64,000 nucleotides of DNA. Origin: an uncultured Verrucomicrobiae bacterium (GTDB taxonomy: Bacteria > Verrucomicrobiota > Verrucomicrobiia > Chthoniobacterales > JAFAMB01). The DNA lies in assembly GCA_963762565.1 (NCBI GenBank), contig CAVXLD010000001.1:1344001-1408000 (forward strand), given 5' to 3'. The position numbers were made by a program, and so were the translations under genes. The notes beneath the pieces are model-generated. The model had not been told where the DNA came from, did no database searches, and saw only the letters and a list, made by a program, of their open reading frames with translations. This document shows positions 19,036 through 29,164 of this stretch, in pieces (the stretch's first letter is position 1; every line of letters begins with the position of its first letter).

Positions 19036-19728
19036 TTAATCAGGATGATTGGCTTGGGTGCGGCGCGGTTCGATCGGCTCGGCGGGATGAAGCGCTTGGA
19101 AGACCCGGCGCAGTCCTTCTTTGGCGGCAACATTGTTTCCATCCAGTTTTATGGCCGCTTCGAAGAGCTTGCGGGCGCGCTCGATATCGCCGGTTCGTTC
19201 CGCCAACTCGCCGGCTAAATTGAAACTATCGGGTGAGTTAGTATTGAGTTCAATCGCGTGCAGGACGTGTCCTTTAGCAGCTCCCAGATCGCCTGTCTCC
19301 ATCAGGCGGCGTGCTTCGCTGGCCGAGCGCTCGAAATCTATCACCTCGGCTTTTTTTCCGGACTGATCGTTGCGAGCGAGAACTTCCTGCACCACCTGGC
19401 GCAGATCCTCGGGCGTGAGCGGTTTTTGCAAGAAGTCGCTCGCCCCAAGTTGGATTGCACGCACCGCGTTAGGCACATCACTGAAGGCGGTAATAATGAT
19501 CGCCGGTATGTTAATTCTTTGCGCGCGCATGGCAGCCAACAGATCGAGGCCGCCCATCCTGGGCATCCGCATATCCAGAATGACCAGGTCAAATTTATCG
19601 ACTTTCAGCTTCTTGAGTCCTTCGGTGCTTAGCCCGGTCTCATCAACCTCGTACCCCTCCAGCTCTAAAGTGACCCGGTAGTTCAACCGGACATTGGGTT
19701 CGTCATCGACGATAAGAATCCGTTTCAT
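19036..19728 (-). CDS. Response regulator receiver domain plus TPR
   Basis: ILIVDDE, LDMRMP, FLQKP; C-terminal TPR-like helices; overlaps the kinase stop (ATGA). Confidence 0.88.
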   Translation of the reverse strand: MKRILIVDDEPNVRLNYRVTLELEGYEVDETGLSTEGLKKLKVDKFDLVILDMRMPRMGGLDLLAAMRAQRINIPAIIITAFSDVPNAVRAIQLGASDFLQKPLTPEDLRQVVQEVLARNDQSGKKAEVIDFERSASEARRLMETGDLGAAKGHVLHAIELNTNSPDSFNLAGELAERTGDIERARKLFEAAIKLDGNNVAAKEGLRRVFQALHPAEPIEPRRTQANHPD

Positions 19729-21524
19729 GCCGCCTTTCGTTCTGCCAGAGGGAGATCGAAGTAGAACTCGCTTCCTTCCCCAGACCGGCTTTCCAAACCA
19801 ATGGTGCCGCCATGGCTTAGCACGATCTCGCGTGCGATAGCTAATCCCAAGCCAACTCCGCCGCGTTCAGTCCCGGGAATCCGGTAGAACCGTTCGAAAA
19901 TCTTGGATTGATACTCCAAGGGTATACCGTTACCGCGGTCGATTACAGAAAATCTAATTCCGTCCCCAATCCGTTTGGCCCGAATTAATATCTCACTCCC
20001 CGGCTGCGAATGTTTAGCGGCGTTTGAAACCAGGTTAGAGAATACGTGCCGGATCTGTTGAAGGTCGACAGCCACCGGCTCAAGGTCCGGTTCCGCTTCG
20101 AATTTCAGGCGGCTACCGTGGGCTTCAACGGTGGGTTCCAGATCCTGCACCACGCTCGTAATCAACGTCTTGGGATAAACCTTCTGGAACGTGCTCTGAG
20201 CGGTATCAGATTCTAGCCGCGCCAGGTCCAGAAGATCATTAATTATCTTGAGCAACCGCTCCGAATCCTCGCGGGCCGCCAGCATGAGTTCGGTCTGTTT
20301 TGTGTTCAGCGATCCGATTCGCTCCTCCAAGAGCAAATGCAACCCCATGCGGATGCTGGTCAACGGCGTTTTTAACTCGTGGCTAACCGTCGAAACCAAA
20401 TTGGTCTTCACTTCGTCCATCAGACGAAAACGAGTGACATCTTGCAGGATCATGGCGGCGCCGAACAGATTACCCGTCTCGTCCCGCATCCCGATGATAC
20501 GAGGAAGCAGATGAAGATCGTATCCGTGTAGCCTAAGGGAGATGGCTTTTTCGAAGCTGGCGGGTAAGAAATCAGGGGCACCTCGCAGGACGTTTTCGAC
20601 TTCCGGCAGCAACGCATCCGGTAGATGCCCGTTCAGCTTGGCCAAAAGGCGTTCCGCAGCCGGGTTCGTGAAACTAAATTTTTTGTCTGGGGTATAAGCG
20701 AAGATCGGGTCAGGAAACGCAGAGAGCGTGATCTCGGTCATTTGCCTGGCCTGAAGGACCTGGTCAGTAGTGACTTGCCGATAGGCGCGCAGCTTCGACG
20801 CCAACTTGTTGAACGCAGCAGCCAGCTGGCTCATTTCGTCATGCCCAGACACCGGCACCAGTTGGTCGAGGTTACCCTCCCCCAGCTCTTTGGCGACTGA
20901 GGTCAACCTATGCAGCGATCGAACAATTGAACGCTGCAACCAGTACGCGAAAAATAAACTAGCGGCGATCCCGATCGCGACCGCTAACGAAAGGTAGCGG
21001 CTGGAATTTGTGCTTAATGAGCGCGCTCCCTGGTTTTCATTCAACATGTTCTCTTCGTTGATACGAATAACCTGCTGGGCCGTGTCTTTGATCTTGGTTC
21101 CCAGAGGCAGAACTGTCGAAAAGTAGAACTGGCGCTTTTGATCCGTTCCAGGCTCGTCGTTGAAGCGCTGAACGTCGGATTGGTAAGTGGTGAAGTCTTG
21201 CCGGAGGGTATCAGCTAATTGCTGCTCGCCTGGCAGGGTGATGTTGTGTTCCTCAGCTACCAGATTCTTGGCGAAAACCTCTTGGTTCTGCTGATAGACT
21301 TTGATCCCCATTTCGGTTTCACCGATCAAGGTCAAGACGAGCCCTGAATCCATCGCCTGCAGGCTCTCTCTCATCCGGCGCCCGGCCACCACGCTCCGAT
21401 AGTTCTCTTTTAGCGTGAGGTCGATTTTTCCGCCCAGGGCTTTGAGCAACACGATGGCGTAGATGCCGATGCCTGCGAGCAGGACCAAAATCGGGGCTAG
21501 CCCTAGAAAAATACGCCTTTTCAT
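19725..21524 (-). CDS. Membrane sensor histidine kinase (HAMP/PAS/HisKA/HATPase), KinB-like
   Basis: Two TM segments, HAMP, SHELKTPL H-box, NLVSNA, DRGNGI, GVGLGL. Confidence 0.92.
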   Translation of the reverse strand: MKRRIFLGLAPILVLLAGIGIYAIVLLKALGGKIDLTLKENYRSVVAGRRMRESLQAMDSGLVLTLIGETEMGIKVYQQNQEVFAKNLVAEEHNITLPGEQQLADTLRQDFTTYQSDVQRFNDEPGTDQKRQFYFSTVLPLGTKIKDTAQQVIRINEENMLNENQGARSLSTNSSRYLSLAVAIGIAASLFFAYWLQRSIVRSLHRLTSVAKELGEGNLDQLVPVSGHDEMSQLAAAFNKLASKLRAYRQVTTDQVLQARQMTEITLSAFPDPIFAYTPDKKFSFTNPAAERLLAKLNGHLPDALLPEVENVLRGAPDFLPASFEKAISLRLHGYDLHLLPRIIGMRDETGNLFGAAMILQDVTRFRLMDEVKTNLVSTVSHELKTPLTSIRMGLHLLLEERIGSLNTKQTELMLAAREDSERLLKIINDLLDLARLESDTAQSTFQKVYPKTLITSVVQDLEPTVEAHGSRLKFEAEPDLEPVAVDLQQIRHVFSNLVSNAAKHSQPGSEILIRAKRIGDGIRFSVIDRGNGIPLEYQSKIFERFYRIPGTERGGVGLGLAIAREIVLSHGGTIGLESRSGEGSEFYFDLPLAERKAA

Positions 21525-21567
21525 CTCAAACCTTAACCCTAACGCGACGCGCGGGCAGTCCTAAGAA

Positions 21568-21582
21568 GCTGGAGCTGTGCCA
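21568..21582 (-). promoter_or_regulatory. Candidate sigma54 (-24/-12) promoter for the kinase-regulator-kdp operon
   Basis: Minus strand TGGCACAGCTCCAGC, GG-N10-GC spacing; candidate activator palindromes at 21639-21706. Confidence 0.6.
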
Positions 21583-21776
21583 CCCTAAGAATCACTGTTC
21601 AAAGTTTTGTGTCTCCCCTAGGGACCGGATAGTGGTATGCGCCATTTTGGCGAGCTCGCCGGTCGTATCTTGCGAGATTCCGAACCGAAAGGGTCGCAAA
21701 CTGCGAGTAACTTCGCGGCTGGCGGTTCGAACGCGAGGGAAGGGCGCGCGTCCTCCCAATGAACGCGAGCCCATCG

Positions 21777-21903
21777 CCGGGAGGGATCGCGTCCTCGTCC
21801 CGCGGCCGCGGATTATCGAAGTCCACGACAGACCCAATCCAGCGTCAAAGCAGTTCCCAAATTATCGGCCTATTCGCGGCGCGCGGGGACGCGCGCCCTC
21901 CCA
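21777..21903. repeat. REP/REPIN-like element family A, copy 1
   Basis: ccgggagggatcgcgtcctcg ... gcgcgcggggacgcgcgccctccca; extra half arm at 21738-21756. Confidence 0.85.
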
Positions 21904-21923
21904 TCTCACCCTTTCGCCCCCCC

Positions 21924-23243
21924 TCAGAGGCGTTTTTTGCGTCGATAAAGGGTAGCTGGGTCGATTTGAAGGATATGCGCAGCCTCATCAATCGTCCGGG
22001 AGTTCGCCAGAACTTTCCGGATGTGCTCGTTCTCGACTTCCTCGAGGCTGACTCTACCTCCGAGACGAAATTCGGCGGTATTCTGAGCGATATCTCCTAG
22101 GTCGCCGGCTTCGATTCGATCGGTCTCCGCGAGAATCACAGCTCTCTCGATAACGTTCCGCAGCTCTCTCAAGTTACCTGGCCAAGAGTATGCCCGCATT
22201 GCTTGCATTGCCTCCGGAGAAAAGGTGAGACCGAGTTTGCCGGATCGTCTGGAAAAGAATTGGAGTTGTTTCTCTGCGATCCGCTGCACATCAACGCTGC
22301 GATCGCGCAAAGGCGGAATATGAATCGAAATAACGTTCAACCGATAATAGAGGTCCTCTCGGAAGCGCCCGGCGGTGACAGCCGGACCGAGGTCTTTATT
22401 TGTCGCGGAAATGATTCGCACATCGGCGCGGCGCGATCGGGTGTCGCCGACTCTTTCGTATTCCTTTTCTTGAAGCAGACGTAAGAGCTTAGCTTGAATC
22501 TCGGAAGGCAAATCCCCGATCTCATCAAGAAATAAGGTCCCGCCTTCAGCCACGGTCACCTTACCCACGGTCTCAGTGAGCGCGCCGGTGAAAGCCCCTT
22601 TTACATGCCCAAAAAGCTCGCTCTCCAAGAGGTCCCGGGAAAGACTAGGGCAGCTGACCGTGACAAAGGGGGCTTTCGCCCGGGAGCTTCGTTCATGCAT
22701 AGCCCGGGCAAGTACGCTTTTCCCAGTGCCGCTTTCGCCAAGGAGCAAAACATTGGCCTCGCTGACGGCGGCTTTTATCGCGATATTGAGAACCTTCTCC
22801 ATTGCCGGCGCCTCTGACTCGAGATCGACGTCCGGCGCTTCGGTTCTCAATCGGGTCTCAAGCTCCAAGACCCGGTTTTGGAGCCGTCGGGTCCGCTCGA
22901 TCTTTTCCAGGACCTGGCGGACTTGTTCGGGAGTGCAGGGTTTGGCTAAGAAATCGAAAGCACCACGCCGCATCGCTTCCACAGCGGTTTCTATCGACGC
23001 ATAGGCGGTAACGATGACCACCGGCGTGCTCGGCGCCAAGCGCAGAAGTTCGGCCAACAAATCCAGGCCGCTTTCCTCCTGCAGTTTTAGATCCAAGAGG
23101 ATGGCATGAAACTCTTCGTCATTGACCAGTTTCAGGGCTTCAGCGCTCGTGCTCGCCGTCGCCACAGCGTGATTAGCGGATTCGATCGCGGTAGCAAACG
23201 CTTGCCGGATATTCTTTTGATCGTCAATTACGAGTACACGCAT
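21924..23243 (-). CDS. Sigma54-dependent response regulator (NtrC/AlgB-like)
   Basis: REC domain; GESGTGKS, GAFTGA, FLDEIG, WPGNLREL; Fis-type HTH. Confidence 0.95.
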   Translation of the reverse strand: MRVLVIDDQKNIRQAFATAIESANHAVATASTSAEALKLVNDEEFHAILLDLKLQEESGLDLLAELLRLAPSTPVVIVTAYASIETAVEAMRRGAFDFLAKPCTPEQVRQVLEKIERTRRLQNRVLELETRLRTEAPDVDLESEAPAMEKVLNIAIKAAVSEANVLLLGESGTGKSVLARAMHERSSRAKAPFVTVSCPSLSRDLLESELFGHVKGAFTGALTETVGKVTVAEGGTLFLDEIGDLPSEIQAKLLRLLQEKEYERVGDTRSRRADVRIISATNKDLGPAVTAGRFREDLYYRLNVISIHIPPLRDRSVDVQRIAEKQLQFFSRRSGKLGLTFSPEAMQAMRAYSWPGNLRELRNVIERAVILAETDRIEAGDLGDIAQNTAEFRLGGRVSLEEVENEHIRKVLANSRTIDEAAHILQIDPATLYRRKKRL

Positions 23244-23468
23244 GCCACCTAACCGTTAGTCTTTGATTCCCAGACATCATCAAGACCCCACTAGATCGCC
23301 ATTGGTGGGAAACGCAAACTCTGGCCATTTTTGCCAACATGCAACCCAAACCGCCCCAAGCTTGTACGGCGCGGACAAAGCGTTGTTGTTATCTGGACCT
23401 GAGCTTGACACCTCACTTTGACGACTGTTAACTGAATACAGACTCCATTCTTGTTCTAGAAACCCCCA

Positions 23469-24764
23469 ATGAACAGTAACAAACTCCCCTCATACGGGCG
23501 CATTCTGCCCCGTTCTTTCTTGGCCGCAGCTGCGGCGGTCTTTATGCCTGCCGCCTTATACGCAGGAGTAACGCTCCATTTCGCCGGGCCTCCCGGCGGG
23601 GCGGAATTAGACTTCATGAAGAAGGTGTGTGACCAATGGGCGCAAAAGACCGGAAATACTGTGCAGCTGATCAGCCGGCCGAATGACACGACCCAGGCTC
23701 TACAAACATTTGAACAGTACTGGGCGGCTAGGAGCGGAGATGTTGATATCTACCAGGTAGACGTCATTTGGCAGGGCATTTGCGCGCCCCACGCTGTGGA
23801 TCTCAAGAAGTATTATAAAGAGGACGATCTCAGCCAGTATTTTCCGCGCATCATCCAAAACAACACCGTCAAGGGTAAGCTCGTGTCTATTCCGTTATTC
23901 ACGGATGCAGGCATTCTGTATTACCGCACCGACCTTCTGCAGAAATACGGGTATTCCGATCCGCCGAAGACCTGGGTAGATTTGACCGAGATGGCCAAGA
24001 AGATCATGGACGGCGAACGTAAAGCCGGTCAAAGCGATTTCTACGGCTTCGTTTTTCAAGGTAAGTCCAGCGAGACCGTGACCTGTGATGCGCTTGAGTG
24101 GGTCTACAGCTACGGAGGTGGGACCATCATCGAACCGGACAAGAAGGTCAGCATAAATAATCCAAATGCCATCAAGGCACTTGAAGAGGCGCACAGTTGG
24201 GTCGGTACGATCGCTCCTGCCGGTGTGGTGACTTACGACGAAGAGCCGGCTCGAAACGTTTGGCAGGACGGCAAAGCTGCCTTTATGCGGAACTGGCCCT
24301 ACGCTTATTCATTAGGCCAGGATCCGAAGAGCCCAATCTCAGGAAAATTCGACGTATCCGTACTTCCTAAGGGTCCAGGGCCTGACGGCAAAAACGCGGC
24401 GTGCCTTGGCGGCTGGCAATTGATGGTTTCGACTTATTCCAAAAACGCGGATGTCGCAGCGGACCTGGTTAAATACCTAAGCTCAGCTGAGATTCAGAAG
24501 CAACGTGCGATTGAGATCAGCGAGTTGCCGACCCGGCCGGCGCTCTACAGCGATCCTGATATCTTAGCGAAGAACCCCTGGTTCAAGAATATTCCCGAGG
24601 TTTTGTCGAATGCGGTCGCCCGGCCGTCCACGGTAACCGGGGCTGATTACAACCAGATCTCAACTGCTTTCTTTCAGAATGTGAACCAGGTTCTCAGTGG
24701 TACTGAAAGCGCGGCGGACGCGGTTAAGAAGGTCGAGCAAGTAGGAAAACGACTGGTGCGATAG
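23469..24764 (+). CDS. Sugar ABC transporter substrate-binding protein (maltose/trehalose type)
   Basis: DVIW, TDAGILYYRTDLL, FMRNWPYA, LGGWQL. Confidence 0.9.
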   Translation: MNSNKLPSYGRILPRSFLAAAAAVFMPAALYAGVTLHFAGPPGGAELDFMKKVCDQWAQKTGNTVQLISRPNDTTQALQTFEQYWAARSGDVDIYQVDVIWQGICAPHAVDLKKYYKEDDLSQYFPRIIQNNTVKGKLVSIPLFTDAGILYYRTDLLQKYGYSDPPKTWVDLTEMAKKIMDGERKAGQSDFYGFVFQGKSSETVTCDALEWVYSYGGGTIIEPDKKVSINNPNAIKALEEAHSWVGTIAPAGVVTYDEEPARNVWQDGKAAFMRNWPYAYSLGQDPKSPISGKFDVSVLPKGPGPDGKNAACLGGWQLMVSTYSKNADVAADLVKYLSSAEIQKQRAIEISELPTRPALYSDPDILAKNPWFKNIPEVLSNAVARPSTVTGADYNQISTAFFQNVNQVLSGTESAADAVKKVEQVGKRLVR

Positions 24765-24786
24765 CCCTACAACTGGACACCGAGCA

Positions 24787-25674
24787 GTGATCAAAGAAAT
24801 CGATCTCTACGCCCGTCAGAAACGGCTAGCGTGGTGGCTGATCACGCCATCCGTTCTGGTTGTCCTGGTAATCATCGCGTACCCGACGATCCAGGTTTTC
24901 GTGTACTCGTTTATGAAGTACAAGCTTGACGGGGTCACCCCGCCAAGCTTCGTCGGGTGGGACAACTACTCTTACGTTTTGAGCGACCCGGATTGGTGGA
25001 GTGCGGTCAGCAACACACTCATCTTTACTGTAGTCTCGGTTATTCTGGAGTGTGTCTTGGGTCTGACCGTCGCCATGGTGGCGAACTCGAAATTTAAAGG
25101 GCGAACCATATTGCGAGTTGCGATTTTAGTTCCTTGGGCAATTCCGACCGTGGTTTCGTCAAAGGTTTGGAGCTGGATGGTCAACGATATCTATGGGGTC
25201 GTAAATATCGTCCTTACCGATCTGCATATTCTGCCCCAGAAAATAGCCTGGCTGGCAACTCCGGCGACCGCGTTGCCGGTGATCATCGCGGTCGATGTAT
25301 GGAAAGCAACGCCTTTCATGGCATTGCTATTATTAGCTGGGCTCCAGTTAATTCCTAAAGACCTCTACGAGGCAGGATCGATCGACGGCGCCAACAAGGT
25401 GCGCCAATTCTGGGCGATCACGCTCCCCTTAGTTACGCCAACTCTATTGGTGGCCCTGGTATTTCGAACCCTCGACGCCCTCCGGGTGTTCGACATTTTT
25501 TATGTAATGGTCGGAGGTCAGGGAAATCTCGAGACGATGGCAGTTTATAACCAGCAACAGCTGGTCTCGTTTCTGGATGCGGGTGTGGGTTCGGCCACGT
25601 CGGTGATCATCCTCATCGTGATCATGTTGTTTGTCATCCTGTACACTCGTTTCAGCCGGACAAGTTTCGAATGA
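24787..25674 (+). CDS. Sugar ABC transporter permease (MalF/ThuF-like)
   Basis: EAA loop LYEAGSIDGA; multiple TM segments. Confidence 0.92.
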   Translation: MIKEIDLYARQKRLAWWLITPSVLVVLVIIAYPTIQVFVYSFMKYKLDGVTPPSFVGWDNYSYVLSDPDWWSAVSNTLIFTVVSVILECVLGLTVAMVANSKFKGRTILRVAILVPWAIPTVVSSKVWSWMVNDIYGVVNIVLTDLHILPQKIAWLATPATALPVIIAVDVWKATPFMALLLLAGLQLIPKDLYEAGSIDGANKVRQFWAITLPLVTPTLLVALVFRTLDALRVFDIFYVMVGGQGNLETMAVYNQQQLVSFLDAGVGSATSVIILIVIMLFVILYTRFSRTSFE

Positions 25675-26567
25675 GCACTACTAAAACTGTCGCCACGTTA
25701 GAGGCCCCGACCACCCAAGGCGCCACCAAGAAAGCCGATACCAAAGCCACGGTCTTGCGCATTTTGTTTTACGTACTCGTGGTTGTGATCATTGTATTCA
25801 ATTTGTTCCCGTTTTTCTGGGCGCTGCTTTCATCGTTCCGGCCAAGCAATGAATTGTTCTCAACCAAGCTCATTCCGAACGCGCTGACGCTGGACCACTA
25901 CATAGAAGTGTTCAAGGAGCAAAGGTTTGTCCAGAGCTTGGTCAACTCGGTAATCGTAGCCGGCTTAACAGTTTTGATCGCACTGGGTCTCGGTAGTGTT
26001 TGTGCGTATGCATTGGGGCGGCTTCCGTTTCGGTTCAAAGGGCCGGTACTTTACCTGGTCCTCACGATGACGATGTTCCCCCAGATCGCGATTCTTTCCG
26101 GCCTATTTGTAATGCTCAGAACGCTGGACATGTTTAACAGCCGGCAGGGACTGGTGCTGACTTATCTGATCTTCACCATGCCGTTCACCATCTGGGTCAT
26201 GACCCAATATTTTCGTAGTCTGCCTAAGGAGCTCGAAGAGGCAGCCTATGTAGATGGTGCGTCGCCGCTCAAAGTGTTCTGGGAAATCTTGCTTCCTCTC
26301 ACGATGCCGGGACTGGTTTCGACTGGGCTACTGGCATTCATTGCCGCTTGGAACGAATTCTTGTTCGCGTTGACCTTCACGATCACGGACAACATGAAAA
26401 CGGTCCCAGTCGTAATCTCTCAATTCACGGGCGCAAGCTCCTTTGAGCAGCCGTGGGGCTCCATCATGGCCGCCTCAATGGTGGTTACGATTCCGTTGGT
26501 GATCCTGGTTATGATATTCCAGTACCGGATCGTTGAAGGTCTGACCGCTGGCGCAGTCAAAGGCTAA
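25671..26567 (+). CDS. Sugar ABC transporter permease (MalG/ThuG-like)
   Basis: LEEAAYVDGA, AWNEFLFA, GLTAGAVKG. Confidence 0.92.
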   Translation: MSTTKTVATLEAPTTQGATKKADTKATVLRILFYVLVVVIIVFNLFPFFWALLSSFRPSNELFSTKLIPNALTLDHYIEVFKEQRFVQSLVNSVIVAGLTVLIALGLGSVCAYALGRLPFRFKGPVLYLVLTMTMFPQIAILSGLFVMLRTLDMFNSRQGLVLTYLIFTMPFTIWVMTQYFRSLPKELEEAAYVDGASPLKVFWEILLPLTMPGLVSTGLLAFIAAWNEFLFALTFTITDNMKTVPVVISQFTGASSFEQPWGSIMAASMVVTIPLVILVMIFQYRIVEGLTAGAVKG

Positions 26568-26630
26568 ATCTCGGCTAGTCCAGTAAAACAGCATTGCTTT
26601 TGCTCGGGCGAGTCGCTTAAAAAGAGCGGC

Positions 26631-26975
26631 TTGCATAAGACAGTCACAAAGGTCTTTCTTGCTCCAGCTTTGGCCCTGCTCCTATGGCCTCTCGCGGCGC
26701 GGGTTCAGGCAGATGAATTGCCCAAGTTCAGCGATGCCAAAGTGAACGAATTCGTCAGTCAGTATGCCGATTTTGTAAAAAAGTATATTGAAGCCTATAA
26801 CGCCGCGAAGACTGGTAATCCAGCCGCGTTCAACCAGTTAAAGACCCAGGTGAAAAAGTTGCAAGATGAGATCGCAGAAGTGGCAGAAAAACTACAATCT
26901 AAGCCGGAGGAAGTTCAAAGATACGAACTATTTATTACGACTTACACGGAGAAAATGATTGACGGTACCAAGTAG
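26631..26975 (+). CDS. Small secreted helical protein (paralog 1)
   Basis: Signal peptide; aligns with the downstream ORF. Confidence 0.7.
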   Translation: MHKTVTKVFLAPALALLLWPLAARVQADELPKFSDAKVNEFVSQYADFVKKYIEAYNAAKTGNPAAFNQLKTQVKKLQDEIAEVAEKLQSKPEEVQRYELFITTYTEKMIDGTK

Positions 26976-27010
26976 AAAAAGCTAGTCAATCAAGTCCCCG
27001 CCAAACTCAA

Positions 27011-27358
27011 ATGAAAAAACTCTACTACACCCTTCGAAATCTCTGTTTGGTTATCGCCTGTATGGCGGTGGGCAGCTTCATTGCCAGCCGTGCTCTTGGT
27101 GACGATGTTCCGACGTTTAGCGATCCGGCAGTAAACACCTTCGTGAAAACGTACGCCCAGTTTGTGAGCGACTACCTTGACGCGTACAAAGCCATGAAAA
27201 CAGGCGACAACAGCAAAATCACGGCGCTGCAGACAAAACTGCCCGAACTGCAATCTGAAGCGAGTCAGGTGGCCGGCAAAGTGAAGCCTGATGAAGCGAC
27301 CAAATTTCAAACATTCGTAACCGGTTGCGCCCAGAAGGTCGTGGACGCGACGAAATAG
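27011..27358 (+). CDS. Small secreted helical protein (paralog 2)
   Basis: Signal peptide; DDVPTFSDPAVNTFVKTYAQFV versus DELPKFSDAKVNEFVSQYADFV. Confidence 0.75.
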   Translation: MKKLYYTLRNLCLVIACMAVGSFIASRALGDDVPTFSDPAVNTFVKTYAQFVSDYLDAYKAMKTGDNSKITALQTKLPELQSEASQVAGKVKPDEATKFQTFVTGCAQKVVDATK

Positions 27359-27612
27359 CTGCGTTACGCAGCCCGCCGGCTTGATCTGCGTCGTTTACCC
27401 GACTGAGCCGGCGCAGCGATTATTGATCGACCCAGGGCCGAACGTATTCGATCCTGGGTCTTATCGTTTAAACTATCCTGCTGAAAAGCCCTGGATGTCC
27501 CCGCCCTCGGTAGCAGTCCGACAGCAGCCGGATCCCTACCGTTTTCCTGGACGCCTCGAAATGCTTGCGCATTTTAGCAGAATAAAGGCTACTCTTTGGC
27601 CTTTGGTCCACT

Positions 27613-28671
27613 ATGGCTTTTCGATTTGAAAATCACGAAACGCCGATTGACGGGTTAAAACGCGTCGCAAGTGAACGGCTGGAGCAAGCGATCATGGCCG
27701 CCGGGATTAAGCCGCGGCCAAGCGCTGAAGATGTACATGAGATTAGAAAAGATCTGAAGAGCTTGCGCGCTCTTCTTCAGTTGGCTCGTGGGCATTTGGC
27801 CAAGGCCACCCGAGGCCAGGAGAACCTGGTCTTGCGTGACGCTGGCCGGACGCTCTCAAGCAGCCGCGACGCCGAGGCTTTACTAGAGTCTCTAGAGAAA
27901 CTTTTCGGCACTCACGAACAACCGAAAGGAGAAGCGTTGCATCCCGCCGGTCGACAAATTATCGACCGAATCAGACAGCAACTCCAAACTGAATCCGCTC
28001 GTTCTTTAACCCATCGCGAACTCAAGACGGTTACAGAGATGTTGTCGAGTATGCGCGCTCGGATTCCCGAATGGGTATTTGCCACTGGCGTTATACAGCG
28101 CGGGAGTATGCTGTTGGCAACTGGCTTGGAACGGACTTACCGGCGAGGGCGCCAGCACTATCGGATCGTCGAGACGATTGGGATGGAGAATGCCACGGAT
28201 GAGCTTTGGCACGAGATTCGTAAGCAAGCCAAAGCGCTGGGTTACCAGCTGAGACTACTCAGAAAGATTTGGCCGTCCGCTCTTCACGCCTGGATCGATG
28301 CGCTAGACGAGATTTCTGACGGCTTAGGCGACGATCACGACTTTGCCCTGATCCAGCAAAAGCTCATAGAGTTGCCTTTCGAGCCGGCTGATACCGAAGG
28401 ACACGTTAACGCACGGCAGGCGCTCCTGCGCACGATCGATCGGCGACGGCAGCGGCTTAAGCTGTTTTCCCTCAATCGCGCTCGGATGATCTATGTGGAG
28501 AAGCCGGCTCGATTTGTGGAGCGTCTAAGCGTGTACTGGGAACTATGGAGAGACGGAGGTAAAGCAGTTGCGCCCAGGAAACGGACTGGCGACGAGCACA
28601 AGCCTGGTGAGCCTGGTCACAAACAAAACGTGACCGCAAACGGGCCCGCCTTAGCCAAACGACTCCACTAA
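27613..28671 (+). CDS. CHAD domain protein
   Basis: VHEIRKDLKSLRALL, RDAEAL, WHEIRKQAKALGY, LGDDHD. Confidence 0.88.
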   Translation: MAFRFENHETPIDGLKRVASERLEQAIMAAGIKPRPSAEDVHEIRKDLKSLRALLQLARGHLAKATRGQENLVLRDAGRTLSSSRDAEALLESLEKLFGTHEQPKGEALHPAGRQIIDRIRQQLQTESARSLTHRELKTVTEMLSSMRARIPEWVFATGVIQRGSMLLATGLERTYRRGRQHYRIVETIGMENATDELWHEIRKQAKALGYQLRLLRKIWPSALHAWIDALDEISDGLGDDHDFALIQQKLIELPFEPADTEGHVNARQALLRTIDRRRQRLKLFSLNRARMIYVEKPARFVERLSVYWELWRDGGKAVAPRKRTGDEHKPGEPGHKQNVTANGPALAKRLH

Positions 28672-28702
28672 CCTCGACGAATCCGAGCAGGGTTGCAAAT
28701 CT

Positions 28703-28823
28703 GGGGAGGGCGCGCGTCCTCGCGCGCCGCGGACAGGTATCGGTCGTGAAGCAGGCTAAGCGCTGGATCTGGTCTATCCTGGGCTTCGCGAACAACGGAT
28801 CGCGAGGACGCGATCCCTCCCGG
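28703..28823. repeat. REP/REPIN-like element family A, copy 2
   Basis: gggagggcgcgcgtcctcgcgcgccgc ... cggatcgcgaggacgcgatccctcccgg; interior homologous to copy 1 in inverted orientation. Confidence 0.85.
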
Positions 28824-28918
28824 ACGCCGTGACCCGCGACCATTAACAGACAAGAACGAAGCATCTTGTGCGGTTGGAGATGCTGAAGGGCCAGCCCGGC
28901 TTTGGCACACAGTACCGT

Positions 28919-29143
28919 TCACTGGGTTCCGGTTGCTGATGGCGAGGGGGAGGGAGAAGAGTTCCCCGGTTTGGGCAGCGAAAGAGTCTTAAGCTGGTCG
29001 CCAAACTGATGGAGTTCCGCTTGCAAAGCATCTGTCTGCGTCCGGACCTCAGCGTTGAGCTCATTTCTCCTCGGATCCGGGAGAAACAAGACCGCTGCTC
29101 CTCCAATTATCAATCCCAACAGGAAGGCCACGAGAGTTCTCAT
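28919..29143 (-). CDS. Small membrane-anchored hypothetical protein (YtxH-like start)
   Basis: N-terminal FLLGLIIGGAAVLFLP, short coiled coil, Pro/Ser tail. Confidence 0.6.
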   Translation of the reverse strand: MRTLVAFLLGLIIGGAAVLFLPDPRRNELNAEVRTQTDALQAELHQFGDQLKTLSLPKPGNSSPSPSPSATGTQ

Positions 29144-29164
29144 GTCTCCCTTGTTCGCAATTAG

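Noticed and set aside
23469..26567. ABC operon lacking an ATPase as a defective system
   Set aside because: A MalK-type ATPase is encoded at 39104-40192, and unlinked or shared ATPases are common for sugar ABC transporters.
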